Below, in pieces: positions 50,513 through 64,000 of a stretch of 64,000 nt of DNA. The stretch is from Bigelowiella natans CCMP2755. Lineage: Eukaryota; Protista; Cercozoa. The first letter of the stretch is position 1; each line of letters begins with the position of its first letter. The notes below the pieces were generated by a model that was not told the origin of the DNA, ran no database searches, and saw nothing but the letters and a program-made list of their open reading frames with translations. Position numbers and translations under genes: made by a program. The stretch is taken from positions 6,286-70,285 of the forward strand of contig ADNK01000698.1 of the NCBI GenBank assembly GCA_000320545.1, given 5' to 3'.

Positions 50513-52497
50513 TTACTTTACCGTCAGACCCGTCGACGTCTTCTGAGTTATAAAGCCGGAGCTGGTGTATCCTAACACATTCAACGCAGCCCATTTCAAA
50601 AGCAAAAACAAAGTAATCGGGGGAAATCCACACCAAAAGTTCGAATGTTTTCCGTTCACTCTACTATTCTCATCCTCTCTCACCCGTTCCCTTGATAAAA
50701 ATGTTATGAAGGTAATTGAAAATACTGGCTTGATGCGCGCTTCCACGCTTAGATATATTCACCGACACGCACCATTGGTCTCGATGAGACTCGCTTTCGG
50801 CCTTGATTAGATACATCCTTGCTGGCGCCCCGAGCTTGTACTTGGTAACAATACGAATGTACTTTGGTTTGCCCACAACGTGCGCCACCACTGCCCCGGA
50901 AAGCACCATGACACCCAATTCCTTCTGGTCGCGCTTAGAAAGGTAGTAGCAAAAGAAGTAGCAATTCTGTAGCTTTTTCAGCATGAAATAGCGCTTCTTC
51001 AACGCTTTGTCAGCGTTGACCCCGCCTCTTTTCTTGAGATATCCTTCACGGATGACGGTTGCATTGGTAAGATCGGGGAAGTACTCACCACGAGGGGCGC
51101 TTGGAGCTCGAGTGTGCTTCGGCTGTTTGCCGAACACTTTTGGGACAAAAGACACACCGCGTTGATGCCGCCGCCTTCGCCCAAAGAATGACGTCGTCCG
51201 TGCATGTTTTGGATTACCCCCGGGAGAGCGACCTGGTTGGTGGGTGAGGAAGCAAGGTGGGATGGTGAAATATGCTTCGGCTGAAGGCGTGAGCTCTCAA
51301 GAAAGGTAATGACTTTTTCTTCTATCGTGCATCGTGCAAAATAACCTGCATTCTTCCGGCTTCCTGTCAACTACCCAACGCGCCTACTGCCAAGGCTGCT
51401 GTCGTCTGCCCCAAGCTTGGAGCTTGTTGGTGCCACTCGCTGTCTCCCGGGACCTGTGCTCTTACTGCGTGATGATGCCGCGACAGGGAGAGCGCTCAAG
51501 GTGCCACTGCCCTTCCCGCTGCTTGCCATTCCAGGAGGGGGAGGCAGGGCCACATCGCAGGTCTTTGGAGGGAGCTCCTAATGCGTGCAAGTGGTGTTAG
51601 GAAGAACGCACCCTACGGTTCTCTCAACAAGACTATCCTAAAATCCATATCAGTATTGTCGTCGGGAGGGGGGGGGGAAGGGAGGGAAGGGGGGAAGGGG
51701 GAATGGATCTCCTTCCAGCATCACCAATGTAAATGGCACCCACGCTCCCACCTACTGCTTATTCTACCGGGAGTGACGGCGGCATTTCCATGTTGCAGGC
51801 ATGAGGAGGAGGAGGCATGATCGGCTCTCCATTGTTATATTCTTCCACTTCCTCATCCGTGTCTACATTCGAAATACAAAGTTTAAAATTATCATATATA
51901 ATCGTTTGACATATCCTCCCGAGGAGCACGTCTGTCGTAGATTTTGACAACTTCGTATGTTCTCCCCCCTACGCACGAGGCAGCGATCTTACCGCTGAAG
52001 TTTATCTTGATATCAGGCTCCGAGAGGGCTATATTCGAGAGATCCATAACAGATTTCTTGATGTTCTCGATCGAGGAGCTGGAAATTTGCTCGAGTTTCG
52101 GCGCCGAGTCGTCGCACTGGTTCGCATTAGACGCTGCCTGGAGAGGTGATGGCGTTGGTGGTGCGATCTGAGCAGCATGGTCAGGAGGAGAGAAAGGAAA
52201 TCACTTCGTAGATGGCATAGGGCACGATATGAACGTCGTTAAGCTGCACAGTTAAAGCGGTCTCAGCGCCACAAGACATCGCTTCCGAAACTTAATTACC
52301 CATACGCTAGCGACATGTACAGCTGTGACCCGCTGCACCACACACTACTCGAGTGTACCATTACCTTTATCTCAGGCCGAGATCGCCGCCATTTCTTATC
52401 TGGTTCTAGAGGAGACGCCAGGAAGTCCTCCCCTTCGTCCTCGCTCGAATCCAGGCCTATCGTACAACACACACACACACACACACACACACATATG

Positions 52498-52532
<35 letters not shown>

Positions 52533-53468
52533 TATATTCTTTACATAATTGCACATGTCACCCGGTAGAATTGGCGGGTGATCGGCATCGTTGAGCTCCT
52601 CTTGAATGTTTCGCACTACTCTTTCCAAGTGCGGCACCGCACCAGAAGCCTGAACTTGCGGCCGGCCCATCAGCGCCTGCAGCTGTAGTGGTGGTAGTAG
52701 TGGTAGTAGTAATTGTAGCAGTATTAGTGCAAGCAAGGAGAGAAGGAAGGCAAGAAGAAGAGGCTTGGTAACAGAGCAGAGAAGGTGACAATTGATTCAA
52801 GTTGATTCATGCTCAGAAAACGGTTGGAAAAAGTAGCTCCTCAATGAACCTGCCTCATCTGCGCTGGACCCGGGGTGATGAGATCGCTGTCGAGCCCCTT
52901 GAAAACACCCGCAATATACCTGGCAATGTTGTTTTCAAATCATAAAAAAAACCGGAACGTGATAAACAAGTAAACAAATACGGGAGCAAGCAGATGACTT
53001 ATGATGTGCGCAGCTGCTTGGGTAGTAATGCTCTTCCTTTTTGTTTGTGTGTTTGTGATGGATATCCTCACCAGTCAATGAGCTTGGAAGGATGGTGAAT
53101 GGCGCTGGCGTGCTTAATGATGGCCGCACGAATCTGGGACTCGCTCGACTCTTCACGACCCCCCCCCTTCGAATGGGTGCTACCACCGTTGCTCTCCTGA
53201 AATTTGGGATTGAGGAGACCCTCAATCTTCGCCTCGTGTCCCTTCGCTTCGACCTCCACATCGTGCAGCTTCCTTCGGAGAGCAATAAGTTGTGTTTCCT
53301 TCTCCTGGAGCTCTTGGTCTTTCTGATTCAAGACCTGCGATGGATTGCGAGGAGGACGGGGGGTGGACAAGGAGGGGATGCGATGATGGATAGATGAATT
53401 TGGTGGTAACATTTCGGTATTCCACTGTACGTGTAGGAATAATGGGATTTATACACACACAAACACAC

Positions 53469-53518
<50 letters not shown>

Positions 53519-54460
53519 TCCGTTCGTGAGACAAGCAACCGATTCGAGCCTTTCCTTCTCTGCCAGTATACGCTGCCGAGCTTCCTCTACTATTCGCTTT
53601 CGATCTTCCTTAGCGATACGCTTAGCCTCCTTCAGTTTTTGCTCTACTTCCCGCTCGAGTGCCTCTACGCGTGCATGCTCGGCAGCTTTCTCGGCTTCCT
53701 CAACCTGCTTTAGTCGCCTCTCGCGGTCCAGTGCCTCCTTGCGTGCAGTCTCCTTTTGTTTTTCGTCCATTCGAGCTAATGCAAATGACAACACATCATG
53801 ATAAACTAGCATGCGGTGACAAGAGTGAAAGGCAATCTGTTCGCATCTTGAGGATGGGTTCATAGATGTTGTCGTTTGTTGTTGTTGCTGTTGCTGCTGC
53901 TGCTGCTGTTCTGTTGTTTTTATTATCGTTATTTGTTGTTGTTTTCCAGTTTGACCATAAGTGTTTTGAAGCTCAGCCTGGCCGTTAGCGACACACTTAG
54001 TGAGATCTTGGAGAGTGTTCCCCTTGATGTGCGAGTGAAGGGCCTCGGAGAGTAGCATCTTCGCAGGAGTCATGGCGTCCTGTAGCAGCGGAATTGCTCC
54101 GTCACCCATTGACGGCGCGAGGTTTATCGCGTTCTGCAACCTATGTACATGTGTATGCTTGTGCTTCATTTAGAGTTGATGGTAGAGGCTGTAGTAGCTG
54201 CTGGAGGGAATCAGTAATCCCCAGCAGTCACATTTTTCCTCTTCTTCTTCTTCTTCTTCTTCTTCTTCTTTTTCTGAATCATCTACCATCTACCATCTAT
54301 CATCATCATCGTCATCATGATCTTCATCATCCTCTCATGATCATTGTCACTGTCGTGGCGCCGACCTCTCAAGCGCCTCACGCATTCGGTTCGCAAGGAG
54401 CATGGTTGCTGCAATTTGAGCCATGAATCCAGAGAGCTTGCATCCAGCCTGATAAGTAGA

Positions 54461-54505
<45 letters not shown>

Positions 54506-56495
54506 TGAAAGATATCGCTCTAGCCCGGTGACATGCTAATATACTAGTAGGCTATTGGTCTTTGTACTCTTCAATCTTATTTATGTACATTTCTGTATGT
54601 GTTTTGTGTGTGTGTGTGTGTGTGTGTTTCTTGCCAGGGATAGTTGTGTACACGATGGGAGCTCGCCGCTATTTTGTGTAGCGTGGAAAATCAAGTAAAA
54701 ATACAACACTTCTTCTCGGCAGCTCAACCTGCTTTGCCCAGTCAGGGTGCGACGCCATCTTCTTCTCGCACACTTCCTGTATCTGCTCCATTTCCTCAAT
54801 CACACGGCTCTTTATAGCACCGTCAACCTTTATCTCTAGCGTTATGGCGGAAATGACCTATCGTATGATTCAGCATGTTGTGAGGAGATGATGATCCCTG
54901 TCCTTGCATTAGGCATGTAATGCGGGTTTTGAGTCTACTATTGCTTTGGGTTTCTTGAAGTTCATTCACCTCTTTAGCTTCGGCCAAAATGGGTCGATCA
55001 AACTGCTCTCGTGCCGCCTCTGCCTCCGCTATTTTGATGTCCATCAGCGCGCGCTCCTTGATGCTCAGCTGTTGTTTGGAAACGAGAAATGATCAATCCA
55101 AACGAGGGCGGGTAAGTGCGCGCATATATGTACAGATAATCAAGAGAGGCGGGAGGCAGAGAGATAGAGAGGGAGAGAATGTGAGACAGGAGAACACATG
55201 GCAAATGGTGGGAATACTGATATCACCTTTAGTTTTCGCTCAAGAGCATCGATTCTCTCGACTGTCCGAAGCGCGTGGTCAACCTCCTTCTTAGCTCGCA
55301 AATTCAGCTTAAACTTATCTCCAAAGCTTCCACACAGTAGCTCGCATGATGTGATGATACTCATGAGCTCCTCGGTACCGCGCTGTGAGCTTCGCGCTCG
55401 CTGATTTGCAAGTGGAGGGGAGAAATGATGTGGTCCGTAGATTGGGAAAGGGATGCGAGCTCGAGAGGAGAGCACAGAAGAGGAGAAAATCAGATTTTGT
55501 GAGTTTTGTTATACGCACCTTTAATGCTCCAGGAATTGCTTCTCTTAGCTCGTTTAGCCGCGGCAGTACCTTGACCAACACCACTTGTTCGGGAGAATTC
55601 TTCAGAAGATTCTCCGACGCCTTGAGCGCGAGGAAGATATCCTTGATTCGTTCCTCTAGCGACGGCTTCGACTCCGACATTGCCTTAGAGAGCTTGTCTC
55701 GCGCGGCCACTAAAGCCGCCACTGTTACCTTCGCTTCCTGGAATGATATTGGGAGGATAATTTGTGCAATAGCGAGTGAATATTTTACGCGCAATATACG
55801 CTTAAATTACTTTAGCACTATGTGGGTGGAGTGAGGACGATTTCTCACCTTAAGAAGGCGGTCAATAACGCGCAACTGGCGGCACTTTTGCAGGCAAACT
55901 TCGATCTTTTCCAGTGGTACGTTTGGATTTCGCACTGTCTTCGAGAGCTCTTGGTAGGCTGCTTGCATCTCGATGTACTTCCTCCGCTGCCCATATCCGC
56001 GGATATACGCACTGATCACACAAGCTGCCCTTTTTTTCACCTTTTTCGTAGTTTTTCCAGAGATGTCTTATGTCTATTTCCGATGACACTGCTTTTGCTC
56101 CTTTCGACTTCCCCCCCCCCCCTCCATCCTCTCTTGGTTCTCACCCCATTCTCTCCTGGAATTGGTGTCTCGAGTATGGTTTTCATCGAATGTGCGGTGG
56201 TTCGCGACTGACCTCAAGAAGGTGTCGCTCCAGCTCGCGTTGGATGTCGGGCTTGTAGAACATGACACTGACCCCACTTTGCCAAAGTGCGATGGGAATG
56301 CGATCTTTGAGCGCCTTCGGAAGCTTTGCCTCCACCTGTCTGCATATCTCTGCGTTTTCCTTCTTAAAATCTACGCCCTGTGTTAAGGCGACGGAGAGGG
56401 GAGAAACATGGTGGTGGAGGGAAACAATACGTAAGCGTTAGTGAAGCTGAATTCTACTTACTTGGCGATAATATTTGCATATTTTTATGTGCATA

Positions 56496-56526
<31 letters not shown>

Positions 56527-59034
56527 ATAATATTACGTAATATGCATCTCTACACTATTAGTCATTCTTCCTCCCCCTCCCCCCCACCCCCAATATTGTC
56601 CTATTCATATCCCCTGCTGATTTCCAGTAAAACCTTCTTCCAGTAGATGCTTGCTCCACGGATAATACCGTAGCGCTTAAAGAATTGCCAGTGCGACATA
56701 CGGTTTGTATAGCCTAACTTCCTCACGGTGACAGCATCCACCACGCCGCACGTCGTGAGCTGGCGCATCACTTCCGATCGATCGATTTCCAACGGCGCCT
56801 TCTCCTTGTTCGGCTTGATGCATCGTACGAAGTGGGAATCCGTTGCGCGAATGGTAGCGAGAAGACTGCTGAGTTGGCTTTGGAATTGTTTGGCCAAGCT
56901 AGTTGCCCCCCCTCTTCTCTTGCGTCTGCCACTACGCATTCGCCCTGTCTGCTTCATCTTCCTCTTGCTTCCCTCCTTCTCCTCATCCTCCCGACTCCCA
57001 CCCCCTGTGCTCGTGGCAAACATCTTCTGAATTAGTGAATTCGAAGAGGTGCGCATCATGTCCTCCACATCCAACGTTAGTTTGCTTCGGTTCTTGGCTA
57101 GAAATCCGGTGGAGTCATAGACGACGTCCTCGGCAAAGTGTTTGATTGTGAAGTGCGGGTCGTTTGCCATGCGCGGCGCAATGAACTTGGGGTGAGCGCT
57201 GTGAGCCTTCTGAAGCTTGCTGACAAAGCCAGTGTCGGAGCCGGTTTTCACCTGCCATATAAAGAAAGAAGAGGGGAAATTATAATAGATTGGCGGAGAG
57301 AAACATTGTAGCGGTTGTGCAAAGCTACTTGTTACTTCGTGGCACTTTTACCTTAAGCTCGTCCCTGAGCATGAGGAAGACGCCTCCCTTCTTTTCCAGA
57401 AGTGCCACAGTGTCGCTGAAGAAAGAAAGTTGTACTGATTTTATTAGAACTCATAGTGCACAAATCTGGTAGCACATGATCCCCCCCCCCCCCCCCTCTC
57501 TATCTGAAAAATAATCAATTACACCCGTGTTTGTGAGTGTGTTTGTGTTTGTGTTTGAATCGACCTGTTATCTGGGTAGGGCATCTTGTCTATGTTAATT
57601 TTTTCTTCGCTGTACACACGAAGCTCCATTTTGAAGACCTTTTCACCGTAAGAAGAAGCAAAGATGATTCAGCACCAATCAACTCTCCGCAGCCGTCTCA
57701 ATCAGTCGGTAAAACCCTCTAGAATACATGAAAACAGTTCTTCCTCCTCCCCCCCCTCCTCCCCCGTCTTCGCTTTTTGGATCAGATCTCTATTTTCAGA
57801 ATCAAACATGCAGAATCAAACGGACAAGCACCTGCTCCACGAAGTATTGCTGCAGCTTCTCATTGGCAAGGTTGATGCAGAGCTGCTCAAAACTGTTGTG
57901 CTTGAAGGCCTCAAAACCGAAGATATCGAGTATACCAACGACGCGGCTGCTCTCAGGGTCGAACGAAGTTTCTCCCTTGTAACTTGCCCTAAAGGAAACG
58001 TTGATGCGCTGCACGAGCCAGGTGAAAAGCCTTCCATAGATCGCCTTCGCCAAGGAGTGCCTATTCGCCTCAGCGGATTTCTTTTCGCGCGGCAGCGAGT
58101 AGAAGGAGCCGCTCGGCATCGTAAGGTCTTGAATGGTGAGAGTACGCCGGAGAATAACCTGGAAAAACGAATGTAGAATCAATTTTGTTATCCTTCATTC
58201 TTGCCATCCCCCCTCAGCCTCCACCATTATCACGATCGATATGGTGTAGTTTAGCTCAGCATCTCGTGTTCACGGTAAGAATCACCGGGTCAATTTGAAG
58301 AGACTTGGCAAGCTGCTTGACGTATAGCGAGCATTTTTCCGAAATCTCGCTTGAGCCTTTACCTTTGAGGACAGGGCCCTCCTTAAACTCGACGTTTCCG
58401 AGGCAGAGCACTGCGCTGATGTGGGCATCGATGGAGTGAAACACGCACATAGCATGTGTGCACCACTTACTAGCGGAAGAAGAATCAAACTGACATGGCA
58501 TTGCTTCAATCATTGTGAGAGATTAGAAGCCGACGTTTTGGTTACACGGTTGCATTTTTAGAATGTACATTAAGTGGCAGAGATTTGCGCACGTATTTCA
58601 TGCGACAGGATGCATAACTCTATAAAAGTTTCACCGGAGAATATTGAGGACAGAAGCTTGCTCCTCCTCGGAAAACCCAAGGCTATCAAAGCATGACATG
58701 AGTTCTTTGTAGAGTTTGTAATCGTTGGCACCCTTCACAGTGTAGCAGCCTATTCCATGAAAGGAGAAGCACATATGAGTAGTTTAACAAGAGGAGGGGG
58801 TGAGATAGGAGGAGGGGGACAATAAAATACAAGAATGAAGTGTGTCATATCCAATTATAACCCGATTTTTTAAGATATTCAAGCTTCTTAGGATTCATGC
58901 TAGCGGTTTCTTCAGCGGTGATTTCCTTCTCCCACGCGCTGCATACCTAGCGATAGCAGCAGCGAATATTGCTTATTAACAAATATCGTGCAATGACCAT
59001 GCGTAATGCTGCTCTCCTTCTCTCTCTCTCTCTG

Positions 59035-59066
<32 letters not shown>

Positions 59067-61325
59067 TCTCTGTCTCTCCCTCCTAAAACGAAACCTGGTA
59101 GAAGACGTTGTAGCTGCGCTCGCCCTTATCCTGGTGAACAACCCGAGACTCCTCAAGCAAGTACTTTGTCATGCTTGACATGATTATCTAAGCGAATTAG
59201 CGTAAACAGATGCGGAGGGGACTTGAACGCTTGCACAAGATCGTCGTGGAAATACTTGAGAGATGTCATCGAGTTGTCAAACCTGTCCGCTATTGTTGAA
59301 ATATATGTTCAGCCACCGACCGAATCGGCTAAATGAGACACAGGAAGAAGTGGTGTAAGTATCAGATGTGATTTGAATCCGAGGGCTGTAGACGCGAGTG
59401 AACGATATCGAAGAAGTTTGTGTTTCCATGAAGGTGTACAGAAGCATTGGGGTCTTCATGCCTGCTGTTGTCGTTGCGAAGGGTCTTCGCATTGCCGAAG
59501 GCTTCCAATATGGGGTTAGCTTGCAGAATTCTGTAATATTCGAAGCAAATAAGAGAGAATAATCGAAAATGCACTTCTCAATCCTTTCACTGGATAAATG
59601 CTATGCTCGGGCGGGTCGTGTGGAGCTCGCACCTTTCTTCGATGGAGATGTTTTGGTCCTGAGATCACCAAAATGACGCGTACTTACACCATTACATGCG
59701 AGAAAAATTTTATATTTGAGCCATGCACCTTCCCGCTGTTGCCACTGATAAGCTCAGACTGTTTGGCGAAATAGCGAAGGAACAGCTTCGTTGCCTCTGT
59801 TTTACCCGCCCCACTCTCTCCGCTAAATAATATTCCTTAATAAGTACGATTTTATGTGTTGTTATCTATTTGTCCGTGCTTGACTGAGTGATATATGCTA
59901 TAATTAAACAAATGACTATGAAATGTTTTCGTTTTCGAACGATGTTTCCTTTCTTTTTGATGCAGCTTAGAATGGATGACTGATGAGCACAGATTGGTTC
60001 TTCGGTTCGCCCATAGGGAAAAGCTATTATCCCACACAGGTGGTTGGGTTTTAAAAACAAAGGCATTAATGGCAAAATCCTCTCGTCGGAGTGACTACAT
60101 TTTCGAACCATTTGACGGAAGGCTGCCTTAGCCACTTTGAATAGGTGTGGTGGCGCATTTTCTGTGGGGAACATCAGAGTCACGAATTTAAAAAATATGC
60201 CAGAAAAAGCAGCATGTTCATCTTGACTTCGAGCTATTTGAAACTGCTGAAGGATAACAAGTCTCTGAGGTTTTAGATGATGACACCATAAAACTCGATG
60301 AAGGGCAACAAAAATCTGGTCATGATTCGAAAAAGGAATACATTAATGCCGTGGTGGTAAGATTAGGCTGTAGTCTCGCGTCATGGAATACTTCGTCAGA
60401 CCTGGTTGCCTATCATGACGATAATACTCATACATGTCCTCCTTGTATATTCCTAGGTCTTTGAATGGGTTCAGCTAAATATGGAGGCCAAGGAGGAGGA
60501 ATGCGGAAATAACAGGTATTGATTTCAATGTTCAAACCCGGGCGCTTTCTCTTCTAACTTTTTTCAACGAGGTGAGATAGGAGATGGGGAGTGAATCACC
60601 GATATTAGAATCGAGGACACAGAGGTATATATCTTATTCTTCGCGAATCGGTTTAATACATTGTCAACCTGAGGCATGAAGAAGAGAAAAGGAGGGTGGT
60701 GGTTCCGGGATCATCTTTTCAGGCGTGTAAACAAGACACGTACATACCGCAAGGCCACCAGTGAAATCTGGCATGAAGACCATATCATCGTAGTCTAACT
60801 TTTTGTCTGAGTGATTACCATTGTACGTTAGAAATTCATTTTGTCTTAGCTTAGGCCAATTAATGCCATGAGCTACCACCCATTATCTCCGTTGTGGGTT
60901 GTGGGTCAGCGCCTGCAAGACACGTAATGACTTATCATTCTTTGCGTTCCAACGCGTTTCTACTAAACGCGACGCGAAATCGAACACTATATACAACTAC
61001 CTGTAGCCTCTTCCTGAAGAGATTTTCTGGTGGCAAATGTCTATACTGAAGACAAAAGGCAGGATGAAAGCTTAAGGCCAGGTCAGTTGAGCCTTGGGGG
61101 AGGGGAGATCGTGATTTGGATCCGTTTAGTAAACCGTGACTGCACTAATGAGATGACGTCTTAAAAAATCGTAGGGGATTTTATATCATAAAGCGGTAGT
61201 CGGCAGCGGGTTCACATCATCTTTGTGGATCTTTGCATGCGTTACGAGCGTCGAACGATCCTTTGCAAGTCGCTCATGGGAAACGCCCTGTGAGCGAGTC
61301 ACCGCAACATATTCGTACTCACTTT
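50513..61325 (-). CDS. Unconventional myosin: motor domain, IQ motif(s), helical/coiled-coil tail, C-terminal PH domain (5' end uncertain)
   Basis: [49 protein letters not shown]|[61 protein letters not shown] (IQ), and PH domain [32 protein letters not shown]. Confidence 0.9.
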
Positions 61326-61390
61326 GTCTGGAGAGAGAGAAGAAATATGGTTAATTGAATATTTTCTGTTGTCGCAATTTCGAAATCCAT

Positions 61391-61416
61391 CCCTTTACAC
61401 GGTCCCTTTACACGGT
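61391..61416 (+). repeat. 13 bp tandem duplication upstream of the last recognised myosin exon, toward DBP2
   Basis: ccctttacacggt occurs twice. Confidence 0.85.
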
Positions 61417-61763
61417 AGCTTCGAATCGAGATCTTTAAGCACCACGCGCAAAAGGGAAATACTCGATACCTTTATTTAGTCTCCTCTTTTGGTCCACGAT
61501 CGCAGGGCGATTTCCAAGATTTTGATGTTGTTGATGCCATATTTGGCAAAAAAGGGGTTCGAACTGCCGCAGGTACTCAATTCTGCCCGGAAGGAAGGTG
61601 GGACAAACACGAGGACGTGGGGCTGAGCTCGACGGAAAAGGGGGCAGAAGAAGAATATTAACGTAAAGAGAGGAAATACAATCGACCAAGAACAGGTAGG
61701 ACTTAGGCCCGTTGCTAATAAGGTCAACCGTTTAACGATGATTTTTTTCCTTTGAAGGTGCCA

Positions 61764-64000
<2,237 letters not shown>

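Overview
Intron-rich, microsatellite-laden eukaryotic nuclear DNA. It is most likely from a secondary-plastid alga such as a chlorarachniophyte, inferred only from the bipartite leader on coproporphyrinogen oxidase. Nine spliced protein-coding genes alternate strand perfectly (+ - + - + - + - +): (1) a 5'-unresolved CCCH zinc-finger plus SAM-methyltransferase-like gene, (2) a ~25 kb IP3/ryanodine-receptor-like channel, (3) plastid-targeted coproporphyrinogen III oxidase, (4) acyl-CoA-binding protein, (5) a DFR/CCR-like reductase, (6) a FUBP/SF1-like multi-KH protein, (7) RNPS1/SR45, (8) a PH-tailed myosin and (9) a 3'-truncated DBP2/DDX5 helicase. The most striking unexplained signal is a localized compositional signature: TpA is replaced by TpG/CpA, CCGG is lost and CTAG/CCAG/CTGG are in excess. 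It marks all four tail-to-tail intergenic spacers and the first 6 kb, but not the head-to-head spacers, which suggests a targeted germline hypermutation process. Gene models were spliced by eye, so boundaries are approximate. No tRNA, rRNA, CRISPR array or transposase was recognised.
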